A DNA stretch of 64,000 nucleotides, from positions 6,324,001-6,388,000 of the forward strand of contig JAYWIR010000002.1 of assembly GCA_036172245.1 (NCBI GenBank). Direction: 5' to 3'. A program made the translations under genes and the position numbers. Positions 1 to 12,149 of this stretch are shown here, one piece after another. This stretch comes from Raillietiella orientalis (Eukaryota). Positions within the stretch are counted from its first letter, which is position 1, and each line of letters begins with the position of its first letter. A model generated the notes under the pieces. The model saw nothing but the letters and a program-made list of their open reading frames with translations. It did no database searches and was not told the DNA's origin.

Positions 1-439
1 AGAGATCCTCTGCGCCCCGCTGCCGGCGGCGTGAGCGGCTTGTCTGCTCTGCAGGAAGAAAGGCGCTTGACACGAATGTGCCCAGAGCTGACCTCCCTCC
101 TTCCACGGATCGGTCCGCACTCACAGGGACTGCCCTCTCCGGTGGCGGAGCTCGTGTGGAACAGAGAGGGAGGGAAGGAGCGATATTAAACGAATGAGGA
201 TATAAAAGAATAGTCGGACCGGTTCCTCGGTGCATGGCATGATTCCCAAGGACACGACTCGGGTAGGAGAGCGACGGTGGAGGCTGGGTGGATGGGCGGG
301 TGGGAGGCGTGCGCTCGTCGGCAGCGGCCGCGATCACCCGAAAGCTGTACTGAACCTCGCCTCCCGGATTGTGGCCATCCTGTTCGGCTTCGCATGCAGG
401 AGACGGCAGTCGCAAACGGCTTTCCGAGGCAATGGTCAC

Positions 440-740
440 GTCCCTCCTCTCGACGGCTGCCGGTGGCAGAGGGTCGTCAGCAAGGAGGCGAGCAGCAAAC
501 TGGAAAAGAGATGCAGTCCTGCGGGGAGGCATCGACACTGCCCCGGTGGAGCCGCTTTCCTCCCTGGCCCAGTCTTTCCGCACCAGAAGCACGTGCTGAG
601 AGGTGTCTTCCTCCCCCTCCTGTTTTCCCACATGAGGTGAACCCCTTTGGTCAGTCTCTCCGCTGTGCCGTGGCAAAGTTTCCTCGCTTCCGGAGACGGA
701 CCAGCGCGCCGACAAGGCAGCAGCGTTCTGGATGAAAAGG
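440..740 (-). mobile_element. Decayed gag-like zinc-knuckle region resembling LINE (Tx1/L1) ORF1
   Basis: ORF 436..744 reads LSTCFWCGKTGPGRKAAPPGQCRC, resembling the TCxxCGxxGHxxxxCP..C..C double knuckle with His/Cys lost. Confidence 0.45.
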
Positions 741-1390
741 GCATCGGCGTCCTCTAGGGAGGGCCGGTATCTCGAAGTTTCCAAGAAGGATGACGAGAAA
801 CTTCGCCCACCGTCTGTGCGAGCTCAGAGTCAAATGTCGGTACCGACTTCGCGCCTGCACAAAGAGACGGTCATTCGTGACCGGAGGGCAAACAGGAAAG
901 GGGACACTTTCTCGCGTCCCCACTGTGAACGGTCCTTGCACAAAAGGGCCAGCGCCTTGCTTCGGATCTGGGACCGAACTTGTACTGGTTCCCGCGGCCG
1001 ATCCTCGGCAGTGCCTCTGGTCCCCTCTAGCGACGAAGAAGCGAGAGGAGACCCACGGACGGGATCCCCGACTCCAAGGGGGTATGCTGGGAGGGGACCA
1101 TCCTACGCATTTGGTGGAGGGGAGTCCGTTTCTCTCACATTTGGGAGGGAACCCCGAAGGGGTTCGAATTCCTCCCCGGACCTGATTCGAATCCACGACG
1201 CTTGGCGCTTCCGCGGGCGGAGACCGCAGCCACACGGCCGCCAATGTTTCTTCGGCGGAATTTGCTCTGCGCGTTCCACCACACCGACCAAAGTTCCCAT
1301 CTGGGCCGGAGGACTCTCCCACCGGGGTTCCGCTGAGCAGGCGTCCGGGAGATCTCTCCTCCCATCCGTCTTACCAACTCCTGGAAGACT
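740..1390 (-). repeat. Family B body (head not visible)
   Basis: Minus strand GGTTCCCTCCCAAATGTGAGAGAAACGGACTCC...TAGGATGGTCCCC matches the copies at ~29280-29350 (-), 5160-5240 (+) and 17335-17400 (+). Confidence 0.6.
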
Positions 1391-1910
1391 TCCCTCCTTT
1401 CTCCCCCCTTCCTCTTCCTGCGTTCCCCCCGCGTCCTAGAAGGGACGCAGCCGGCGGCAGCGTATCCAGAGATTTACTGCGAGCCGATCAGCTCGTTGCC
1501 TCGCGCGGGAAAGAAATGACCCTCCGAACGATGAAGTGAAAGTGGATGACGGCGTCTCCCGAGGCGGCGACGACAGCGCTCTCCTGGAAGGGAGAGCTCC
1601 CATCCAGGAGAAAGCCGAAGGAAAATTCTTCAAAACACTTTCGAGGAATTCGATTTCGCTTCCAGATTTGCTCCGAGACGACTCCGCGCTTTCTTAGTAG
1701 GGGCGTTAAGAGCCTTCCCCTATTAGGTTCCCGCAGGAGGAACATCTGTTTCTGGAAGAATGTCTCGCTGTCTTCGGATTCTGTGTACAAACCACTCGCG
1801 CTCCCTCCGTCTCCAGCCTCGCCCGTCTTCCGGCGCACAAAGCGACCGCTGAATCCTAATGAAACGGGGCTTTGATATCACGTCAGCGAATGGAATCCGA
1901 ATTGCTTTCC

Positions 1911-2345
1911 ATCGGCGCTTCCCTCTCCTCTTCCCTCTCCCTCCTTTCTTCCTTTGCTTTCCTCCCCTCCTTTTTTCTTTCCTTTTTTTTTGCTTTTCTC
2001 GGAAAAGGGTTTCGGGTACTCGACATCTGCATACGCTCCATGAATTCCATCGACTTCCGCGGAAGCAACATGAACTCAGGTCAACAACTAGAAGCAAAGA
2101 TGCGCGGCTCGAAAGTACAGTGGGAGGAGCATCCTTCTTGCGTGACAGACCGTCTTTTCCTTCCTTCCTCTTCCTTCCCTTTCCTCTTCACTTCGTCCTC
2201 TTCTTTTGCTCCTGTTGTTTTCTTCTTCTCCGGTCCTTTCCTCGTTTTTTTCTCTTCCTCCCTTCCTCCTCCTCCTCCATCTTTCCTTCTTGCTTCCTCA
2301 TCCTTCCTTCCTTCTTCCTCTTTTCCACCTCCCTTCCTCATTTCC
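1911..2345 (+). repeat. Polypyrimidine (CT-rich) low-complexity tracts
   Basis: Near-pure C/T runs at ~1911-2000 and ~2150-2345. Confidence 0.85.
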
Positions 2346-2949
2346 ACTCTTGCTCCTCCGCAGTGGCAACGGCCCCCAAAGAATGCATCCCACTGTGCAA
2401 CTGCGTGGATCCTCCCACACGTGCTGCTGGGACGCACCGGAGATTGAATCGGAGTGTGGAGGCGCATTCCGCTCGGAGAGGCCTTCGCGTTTTCGAACTT
2501 CCCTGTCGCCTCCTCGCTGGGGATCTTCTCCCGCGCAGGGCTCCTCGAGGGACCGACGCCGGTCCCTTCTTTGTGCGCGGACACTTCTGAGCTGGCCGAG
2601 TTTTCGCGGGGGCGTCCCGGCGAGCGCCCACTCGTGAGCGCGAGAAGGCCGCGGGGTCTCCCGGTCCGGGAAGCAGGGCGGTGCACTGAAGGGAGTCTGA
2701 AGGCGACTGGCTCGCGGGAACCTGCGGGCGCATCCCATCCTTCCCTGCTCGAGACAGACCCCTGGGAGTCATCTCCACTGCCCGGGTTCATTCCACCTTC
2801 CGATCGCTCCTCCATTTTCTGGCCCTCTGCGCTCTTTCCCCTCCGCGCCTCCCGATTTCTGTACCCACTGAGAGTGGGTAGATGCGAACGTCATCCTTAC
2901 TGAGCGAGCTTTATTTATTTTTAGTGGATGTCCAGGAAATGGGGACGTA

Positions 2950-4680
2950 ACGTCTCGAGGTGAGGCTCTAGGGGAAGGGGAAGGAAGGTATCCTCGCCAG
3001 TCTCTCTGTCCTCCGAAGACGCCCCGGAGTTGCTGCTTTGCCTGCGGGGAACTCCCAGCTGCTTCCCCGATGGCGGCCCTCATGTTGCTCTGGAAGGATG
3101 GTGGCGAATCCCTGCTTTCTTCCTGGCTCAGCCGAGACATTGCAAGGTCACTCCAGGCTTCTCCTTCTCCCCTGTGATAGGTCAGTGAGTCGGAACGCCC
3201 CAGCTGCAGCCAAGAGCGGAGGACGCAACCTTCTTCACCAGAGAGCCCAATAAGACTAGGGTCCACGAACTGGCGCGCTTCCACCTCCTGCCCCGCTTAC
3301 CGGCTTTTTTTCCTCCTACTCATTGTCCCCGTCCTCTAAGCGTTTCCTAGGAGCCAGCTTCCCACCTCTTATGCTTTCCTTTGGAAAACAAACCTGAACA
3401 GGTGTGAATCCCTGTCCACCTCTTCTAACGCATTTACCCAGCCACCTTCGTTGCTCACTTCTTTGTGGTTGAACCCTCAGCCCAGGCAGTCCTGTCATCA
3501 CCTGGGACCCCATGACGACATCTTGGCCATCACGCAATCTCCAGCAACTCTCCTCCTCCCTCAGAAAGGACAGGGTGCTCAGCCTCGGTTCCTCTAGCAG
3601 CAGGTCCATCGCTTCAACCACTAAAAGCTCCGAGGCCTCCCCGGAAACGCTCACCAAAATGGATCCATAGAATTCGCTTCGCCAATTCCGTGATTCCCGT
3701 GTGCGTACTGTCGGTTTCTGGCTGCGGAAGAGGAAGCCGCTGTCTGCAAACTTCAGCGCACCGTCTGTCGGCACAGAGACGAAATGCTGCAGACGCGAAG
3801 GTGGCTCTTCTCAGTTGTGGCCAGCACGGCCTTCGACAGAAAGAGGAATCCGATCATTCAGTAACGTCACAGGTTTCCCTTCTGCGCATCTCTCTCTTTG
3901 ATGATTGTGAAATCGACTTTCGAGCCTTCATCTTTCTTTTCCTGGCCTTCAGCCTGTTCGGAATAGAAAAGTCAAAAAAAAAAAAAAAAAAGGCGGATCG
4001 TTTTGTGTCGGGCGAAGAACATTTGATGAAGCGGCCCGTGGTTCCAGGCATCCAGCCGTCAAACGCTCGGTGAGCAAGCAGCGACGAACGACCTGCCCGT
4101 TAGAGATGGCTCGCTGGTCAATCCCTCGAGATAACGTCCATTGTTTGACCCCAATCTTCCATCCGTGGGAGAAGGAAGGTTGGCCGTGCCCAGACTATCC
4201 AGGAGAATCCCAAGGTAGCCATCAGGATGAGGCGCTCCTTCCTCCAACAGCATCAAGTGTTGGTCACCAGTTCAGGCTCCAGACTTCGCCCTGACATTCT
4301 GGCCTTTTGCTCGCCAGGGAAACCACCTCGTGCTTGCGATCCTCATCCTTGACACCATCTCGTCACAGTTCGTCATGGACCCGGAGGCTTCCATCGACCT
4401 TCGACTCTGAAATTTCCAGCAGCGGCGAACTCCCTTTCCTCGAAATCGTGGATGTCGGCTTCTTCCCAAACTCCATACCGTGGATCATTCTTGTGTTCCG
4501 GTGAGATGCTGAAGCACTCACTGGAGCACTCATCCCATCTTGTCATCACGCAGGTATGTCGGCTCCCGATGGAATTCCTGTTAAGCAAGAAGATACAAAC
4601 AAAGGGAGTGGGAAAAATTTCCACCATGATGGTGGCCCGTCCTCACGACCGGGCTCGCTGCGGCTGTTGATCTTGGTCCG
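2950..4680 (-). mobile_element. Internally deleted LINE ORF2 remnant (endonuclease and RT pieces)
   Basis: EREFAAAGNFRV (GDFN-like, ORF 4373..4627); EFYGSILVSVSGEAS...PGLRVQPQRSEQRRWLG (RT Y...V.G..S and SGL.+N..KS-like, ORF 3316..3774); YADD not preserved. Confidence 0.55.
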
Positions 4681-4685
4681 TGTTG

Positions 4686-5250
4686 CCGGCCGCGTGGCCG
4701 CGGTCTCCGTGCTTGGCACCAGGCGTCGCGGATTTGAATACCGCCCGGAAAAGGGTGGACGCCGAGAACAGGACGATGCGTCGTGGGTTTCGAGTTTCCC
4801 CAGCAGGATGTCGCTCTGTGACTTACGGGTTTCGGGTGTGGAGGCACTGGCGCAAGCCGGATGACCTCGTTGACTGGCCGGAACTGAAAGCTGACTCTCC
4901 AAGGTCCCTCCAGGGATCAAGGAGCGCTGGTTCCCTTTGGGTTCTCTTCTGGTTGCGAAAAAGAAGCTGCACCATGGAGCTGGTCGATGTCCCCCCTAGA
5001 AGAGTCCTCCCCCTGGGGGTTGCACCCCTGAAGGGGAAGGACGGCTTTCTTCAGGGGACAACCCTTCAGGAAAATTGGAAAGCGTCCCTTCGGGGCTCTC
5101 TTCAGAGAAGGAAACGAGGAATGACCCTCACAAACCGAGTGTTTCAAGAGGGTGGTTCTCTTCGAAGTTCCCTTCCAAGCACAAGAGGGACGGACTCCAA
5201 CCTCCGGAGTCCTCCATAGATTTATAGGGTGGTCCTTCCGGGATTAGCTC
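4686..5250 (+). mobile_element. Family B element with tRNA-like head (SINE-like or LINE 5' end)
   Basis: A-box-like TGGCCGCGG at 4695, B-box-like GGATTTGAATACC at 4730-4742, conserved ATG at 4974 (MELVDVP); homologous to the 13072, 29850, 43310 and 49345 copies. Confidence 0.65.
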
Positions 5251-6524
5251 CTAACTTGAGAAGCTGCTGACAGGGCTGTGATTATTGAGGGTGTGTCCCA
5301 GCGTGTGGTACCTAAGCACCCGAACGCTCCCAGCGTACGTCCCTGGAATGATGGACGTTACAGCACAGCACTCCTTTCTTAGTGCACCTGGTCCACCTGG
5401 CCTTTGTTTCTCTCCGAGCTTTCTCGTTTCCCAGATCCCGGAGATCCTGCAGCGGGCGCTCGTGCTGGCGACGCGGAGAGCCACTCGCCGATGCCGGCCC
5501 TCCTTCTTCCGCCTACTCTCTTGTGGAACCATTGCAGAGTGTTCGTAGGGGCGAGAGACGGCCGGCACATGACAACCTTTTTCTCGACCGGAGGCACTGC
5601 GCATAGCTCGAGCTTCCAACAGACCCCTGAGGCAGCCCGAGATGCCGGGTCTCGACACTTCCAGGCCAGTCCTCTCGATCCAGGCTGGGCCAGTCGGCCT
5701 TGTTTCTCTCTGACCAGGGTTTGGTCGTCGATGCAGCGGCTGAGGATGCAGCCTCATAATTCTTCTCTCCGTGAGTGGCGTATCTCCTGTGCATCCGATG
5801 GGCATCGTTTTCGGACAAGCTCGGAGGGATCTGAGTAAATTAGCCCCATGGCCCGATAATCGGAGGTGCTGGCTGTTGAACTGGAGTGACTCGGAGTCCG
5901 CTGCTGCTCTGTGCACCTACCCTGAGGGCTTCCCGATACGGAACGGCCATCTTCTCTTGCGTTGGATGGCGCTCGCGCTCCAAGTGGAGTTTCTCGATTT
6001 CCTCCTTCGGATGCCCCTGCTTTGCCTTGGCTTGGTCGGGCTCTCCCTCTCCTGTCGAATCTGGGAGCACAACTCATTTCCTGTCAGTTGCGACCGACAC
6101 GAACCCCCCCTCCCGTCCAGACCTCCGTCCGACTGGTGGCGGTGCCTACTATCGCTTCCTCGCCATCGCCGATCGCGTGTCGGGACAGCTCGTGCACCGA
6201 GCGTAGTCGGAAGGGTTGACTCCCTGAGGCAGCTACCCTTCGCGAGATTGTTGGACTCGTCGCTTAGTTCGTCAACCCCCACCCCACGTCGCCCCATTGC
6301 CCGGTCAGCATACTCCTTCGTCGCCTTGTGAGGCGAGTTGCCGCATTTGCTGACCGTCTCCTTGAGGCTTTTTTCTGGGAACGTCGGATCTGATCTGAAC
6401 GTTTCCAGGCACTGTTGGTGCTTGGAAGCGAGAGAGCTCTGTGCATGGCATCCGGATTCTGCCATCGGGATGACCCACAATCCTTTGTAGAGACCACCAT
6501 GGCCAAGGTCTGATGTTTGGTTGA

Positions 6525-8930
6525 CGCCCAGTTGTGCCGGGGAGTTAATTCATAAAAAATAAACATACAGGTCAGTGGCAGGACCAAGCGTCCTGCCACG
6601 TTACATCTATATACGAAAAGGAACCTGCCGAGAACCGGCGCGCAACCCGGCAAGGTTTGCCTGGGCAGCAGAGGGGGATGGGAAACAACAAAAAAATAAA
6701 ACAAAAAATCCAAAAAATTGGGAGGGTTCGGGAAATGGTCACCACTGTCTGCTGGAGGGAGTTTTCTGCATCCTTAGCAGGATGCCGGCAAGTTCCTGTT
6801 TTAAGGTTTCTAAATGGGGCCATCTTGACGCTATCTGCATGAAGATGTTAGCAAAGCAGCTGTCGTCCCTGTCGTCCTGGCCTGCTCGGTCATTGCTCCA
6901 TGCAGCCACGATCCTGTGTAGGCTGCACAGTGATGCTAGGGATGCGGCTGATGTGGGGGCGTCGTGCAGGAGGAGGAGCTTCGAAGCGATCTAGGGTTGC
7001 CTTCAGGGATCCTCAGAGACACGGAAATCGGCTCCCACAAGGGATGGAGGACAACACAATCCATGAGCAGGTGCGGAAGGGACTCTCTTTCCCCGCACCT
7101 TCTGCAGTTCGGGTTCATCTTCTCCCCCCGGGTCCAGTGGTGTCGACGGGCGGTGCAAGGGAGGCCCCAATGCAACAGTAGGAACGTCGACTATTGCCAC
7201 TTCAGAGGGAAGGATTGCACTGTTCCAGTCCGCTGTTTGGTTGGTCAGACTCATGCCCGAAAACTGCTCTCAGCTACCATCCTGCTCCAGATCGGACCTC
7301 CAGAATCTCCGTGGAGTATTTTCCCGTTACCTTCAGGATCCGTAGCCAAAGAATAGGCTCCAAAGAAGCTCGCTCCAAGAAACTTCTGAGCTCCTTCTTG
7401 TCGCGAACCTCCGACTAGCCGGAAGACGGAAGCGCAACCTGCAGCCCTTCGACGACCGAATGCCAGAGAGCAGGAAGGACTCTGCCCCAGAGGCTGCCGA
7501 CGTTTGAGCGCCACCCATCTTCAGAATTGCGAGTGAATCATTGGAGGTTTCATGGAGGATTCTTGACCATCAAATCGCTGTTCATGGAGACCAACAAGGC
7601 CTTTCCGGATGCGCGTCGCATCAGCCACCGCAACCCGAAGCTCTGACGGCGCCACTCCTAAGCATGTGTACCCATCTCCGTGATCCAGTGCTTGGACGCT
7701 TCCGTCGAACTTCAGTTTGCCTCGCTTCCCTCAGTGTGATCTCGACAAAGAACAACGACGCAAGTCTATCTGGGTCGATGGGTAGCCTGACTTTTCAGCA
7801 CTGATCATGGGGCAGGTGGGAGGTCCATCTCGTGTTCCAGCTACCATGGGAGCCATCTGCACGGGCTGGCACGGAGTCGAACGACTCACCCAGCGAGGGA
7901 CGGGAGACAAGTGGAATGGTAGGGAGCTCAGAAGCATCTCTGTTTCCCTCCCCCTGGGAATCCGATCGCCTCTTATGGCTTCTGACTGCTCATGCAAAAA
8001 CGTGTAGACATCTGTATACAGCCCCTTGATGATGTCCTCGGAGATTTCTCTCGCTTCGTCCTCCCTCGGGACCCTCTGTGACGGATCATGCTTCGAACAC
8101 GTTGGTCAGGTACACACATGTTGCGAGGTGATCTTGCAGCGCCACTGAACCTGGTTTGCGGAGCTAAGTTCAGCACGGGGACTTCATAGTAAGGCAAGAA
8201 TCCTCTTTACTAAGGGCAGACGGCCGAGGTGCCAATAAACTGCACTCGAAGTCTAGGAGGAAGGTTTTTCTCATGGAAAGGATACGCGCCGTTGCCTGAT
8301 GATCACTGTTTACGCGCATCTGCTGCTTTTGGCGTCAAAGATAATACTACCATCAGTTCGCTCTTGAGTGCTTCCAAGACGTTGGTGTTCTCCAGAACTT
8401 GTGAAAGATGCTGAAGGTACAGGCATAGCAGCCACTGGATCCAACGCTATCCAGCCATTATATGGTATTCCATTTGATTCCGGGAAGGAATTTTTGGACT
8501 TGTGTGATGCTCTAAAGCAACATCGCCCTGTCTGAGGAATGTGAAATCCTTTCAGACCTTTAGACATGACCGCTTACAATACCTTAAAATCTCGGTGACT
8601 TGTGGGTGATTCCTTTCCAAAGCCTCATACGCAATGTTCGGTTTCTTTGATGGCGGTCTTAGAATTCTTGCCAGTTGGGCCCTGGACAATCTTGAGCCGG
8701 TTGACGAGACACAACCGTCGTATTCTTGCTACGATCCATCGCGTCTATCAGCCTCCTTCCTGGCATGTACTGGTCCAGAGATCTCATGTGCCTTTCAATT
8801 CATTATTGATGGAAGCTCACTTTGAAAGCAGAGCTATTTCACTGTGCCCAACTAGACCGAGCTCAGCGCAGTCGTAGAGTCGTCTCCTCACACCGTAGCC
8901 GCCTCTGTACCTCTGGTCATTCCCTTGCAC
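6525..8930 (-). mobile_element. LINE remnant from RT to 3' end with terminal tag
   Basis: DQYMPGRRLID (~8740-8775, RT Q.GF+PGR-like); HHWTRGEKMNPNCRRCGERESLPHLLMDC (ORF 6936..7175); QIASRWPHLET (~6830); T-rich UTR; AATTAAC then tag TCCCCGGCACAACTGGGCG at 6543-6525. Confidence 0.8.
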
Positions 8931-8979
8931 TTCGTAGGAGGAAGCCACGCTGAGAGTTTTCACCCGGATATGCCGGGGC

Positions 8980-9015
8980 AAAAAATGTGGAACGCTTCAC
9001 GATTTTGCGTGTCAT
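8980..9015 (-). pseudogene. U6: U6 snRNA retrocopy, 5'-truncated (3'-terminal 36 nt)
   Basis: Minus strand ATGACACGCAAAATCGTGAAGCGTTCCACATTTTTT is the U6 3' end (the variant I recall for Drosophila; vertebrate U6 has AAATTCG...CCATATTTT). Insert 8957-9020 is flanked by the perfect direct repeat GGAAGCCACGCTGAGAG (8940-8956, 9021-9037). Confidence 0.93.
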
Positions 9016-9816
9016 GACGTGGAAGCCACGCTGAGAGCCAGAGACGTGGCTTAACGAAACAGCAATGTGTAAGAAAAAATAAATCTTAATCGTGCAGTGG
9101 TATACTCAAATCGCCTCAGTCAGGTAGTTTATTGTCATGACATCTTTTGTAGGACTTTGGGAGTATCATGCTGGGATCTATGAAATCTACAGGGAGAGAA
9201 CATCTTTGTTCATCTTTGCTCTTCATGATAGAAGTAGGCATCATTCTGATCACCGTCAATGGCACCATCGCGTGGCGGTTGATGTTATAAGATGTTTTCT
9301 TTTGTCGGAAGATGTTGAGTTGTGGAAGAACAGAAAGCAATGTGGTTTCTGGCAGGAGGTATCTTCCTCGTATCTCTACGTGGGGCCGTCTCCATCACCC
9401 ATAGCCTCCCGTGATGTACCCCGAATTTCGCTGCTGTCCATCCATCGTACCAGGTATCAGTGCAGAAGTGTAGACTCCGATTGCTACTTCTATATCGACA
9501 ACGTCCCACTGCCTCCCTAGTGCCATCCTACTCCCTATTGGTTTCTGAATTCCTACCGAAGCAAGGAGGTTCGCCGTTGTTCAGAAGAGCTTTTCGTTTT
9601 CCATGAAGAAGGGGAGCGAAAGACCGCAGAACCTGTGGCGCAGACAGGAAGTGTTCAGGAACACAGGATCCGTCACTCGATTCGCTCATGTTCCTCGTCC
9701 GGCGAGGTTGGGAGGAAAATCACTCTGAGCGACAGTTCCATCGTTCCGTGCCGGACTCGACCCTTTCAGGAAAGTGTTCAAAATCGCAGCGGAACTGTTG
9801 AAACACGCGAGGGAAA

Positions 9817-9836
9817 ACACACACACACACACACAC
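9817..9836. repeat. (AC)10 microsatellite
   Basis: Direct reading. Confidence 0.95.
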
Positions 9837-10089
9837 AAATCAAATCGCTCACATGACACTCGTACTTTTCAGACATATTCCCGTTAGCACATATGGGACT
9901 TTGCTCATTCCCTTTTCTGGTATTCCAGTCATGTGTGGAACTTTTGGAACACATACCGGGAGAATAAGATCGCAAGGAACCTCACGCTTTCGCTTGATGA
10001 CTTTTGTTTTATAGGCAGAGGTGCACAGGGAAAAAACGATCCGCACGGATTTCCTTGATTTCTCTTCGCTTCTCAGCCACCAACACTCA

Positions 10090-10500
10090 CCACGTTTTGC
10101 AGGATGAATAATGGAATCGCGTATCCGCGCGATTGTGGAAGTGGAAAGAAATCATCGTCGTCTTCCGGTTGCGAAGCTTCCCGATCCGCGACCCTGCAAG
10201 AAAGGGGGAAAAGAACCAGCTAGTTGCGTGGAGTCCACTGTGTCCCGGCAGGAAACCATGCAAAAATGCGACCAGCCAGGAAGAAGGCAGCGTACACCTT
10301 TCAAAGGGAGCGGCCACTCTGTTCCGGATTCTCTTCACACACCGGCACTTCATTTGCACGGAACCCTGGAGGGGTTTGCGGATACGCAGCCGTGAGAGGG
10401 GATTCCCGCAGATCCCGGGCCCCACAACCGCGTGTTTCTGCCCTGATCGGGCCGTGGCGAAGGACTCCAAGTGACGGGTGCGCGTGCCAACTCTTCTGCT
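10090..10500 (+). mobile_element. LINE RT N-terminal remnant
   Basis: PCKKGGKEPASCVESTVSRQETMQK resembles L+.K.GK+P....YRP+SL.N...K. Confidence 0.4.
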
Positions 10501-10668
10501 TCTCAAGTGCGAATAAACATGGAGAAGAGAGAAAAAAAAGCGGGAAACAGTGTGGAGGGGAATCTGAGATCCCTCAATTTCTAGGCAGAACAATGAAACT
10601 TTCTCTCCATCCCGATTTACCATCATGCGCCTACGACACCTCCACTGGGTCCCGACTTCAGAAGAGCG

Positions 10669-11983
10669 TTCTGTGAACCTGCACACCTCACCCTTCATAG
10701 ATGCGCCGGCAGCGAAGGACTGCTCTCGTTGTTCTCGAGCACCCGTTACAGGATACCAGGATTTGAATTCCCCCAGGTTTCAAGCCTCCCTAGTGGAAGC
10801 CCAAGCCGAGTGTCTCTTGTCCCTGAATGAACTTCAATGGCTGGCGGCAGGAGGCTCTTGAATACTGAGCTGCATCCAGGGAATACGCCCAGAGGAACTG
10901 TGCCCATTGCGGTGCTTCCTACCACGACCTTTAGGAGAAGTAATGCAGGACACGGCGAAGTGGTCCAGCCTGGCCACCACATCTCCCAAGGCCTTGCTGC
11001 AGCACTGTCTGCCCTGAGGGCAAGCCACAACAGCTGCCAGACGGAGACGAGCTGAGAGTTTCCTTGCAACATCGCGGGGGAGGGAGGGACAAAACTTCTT
11101 GGAAGACGCGCGGGTTGGCAGATGCCGCCACTCCGCGTGCTGCGGAGACGGGACTCCTTCGGTGGAGTCCACTTCTGACGAAACTTCTGCGCTCCCTCCC
11201 CAATGCCTGGACGCTTCTGTGTTTCCGCTCTCCTGAGAGCAGGTTATGCTGCTCTTTCCGCACTGGGGTTTCAGGGCAACGAGCACCGGCACCCTCATTC
11301 CCCCCCGAACTGTTGTTCCTGGTGGAGGTCGGCGGAGTCGATCCCGCCGCACCTGCTTTCGGACTGTGGTGCCATGCGGGAACCGTGGGCGGAGGCTGGA
11401 GTCAGCGCTCCCAGGAGACCAGGAGAACATCGCACGCGACCTGCCGCGCCGGTTCTTCGCGCCGGGAGGACTTTCGACGGGCACGGCCATCGCGATGCCA
11501 TCGTCACGGCGCGCCGTGTGCTCGAGAAGGCCACGCGGCGAAGGGAGGTCACCGGGATGGCAGCCGCCCACGTGAGACGGCTGCAAGGTAGTGTCACCTG
11601 CAAGAGGAAGACAAGGAAGAGATCTCCGGCATCCAACGCCGGTCCTGAAGTGAAGGAGCGGCGGACACCGGTGACCCTTGACCCGAGCTTCCCTTTATTT
11701 TATTTTATTTTTTCTCTCATTTCCCACTCCTTTGCGTTCCGCACCTATCCCGGTTCTTGCACATCGATCCCGGTGTATGCGAACCCAAAGACACATTATA
11801 TTTTTCCTTTATTTATTTATTTTTTTAGTCGCCCTCTCCTCTCCCATTCCGGACGTCACGATATCCCGAGTTTGGTATAGGAGCACCCATCCCCTTAGCT
11901 TTTTTTGTCTTACGTAGGGAACCAGCGTGTTCCCAACTGGCTTCTTTTCATAAAATAAACGCCCCGATGTGACAGAGTAGAAA
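10669..11983 (+). mobile_element. 5'-truncated LINE 3' fragment with TSD and terminal tag
   Basis: CSWWRSAESIPPHLLSDC and MAAAHVRR; UTR; AATAAAC then tag GCCCCGATGTGACAGAGTA (11961-11979); TSD ACTTCAGAAG(A/G)GCG at 10655-10668 and 11984-11997 (1 mismatch). Confidence 0.85.
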
Positions 11984-12149
11984 ACTTCAGAAGGGCGAAG
12001 AAGCGTCTCATCTGATAGCGGACGCAGGCTTCTGCGACCGCTATCAGAGTCCATCATCTGAGTCCATTTGCGGCCTCGGAAACCGTGCGCCAAACTTCAC
12101 CTCGCCTTGATCATCTTCCAGGCGATCCCTTGCTCATCGTGTCTTCGAC

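Noticed and set aside
200..206. TATAAAA as a promoter
   Set aside because: Isolated short motif with no supportable downstream gene.
8980..9015. Functional U6 gene
   Set aside because: Only the 3' third is present (no ACAGAGA box or 5' stem-loop) and it is bounded by a TSD.
9137..9520. Possible host exon after TTTTGTAG at ~9152
   Set aside because: No recognisable domain and no partner exons; cannot be supported without transcript data.
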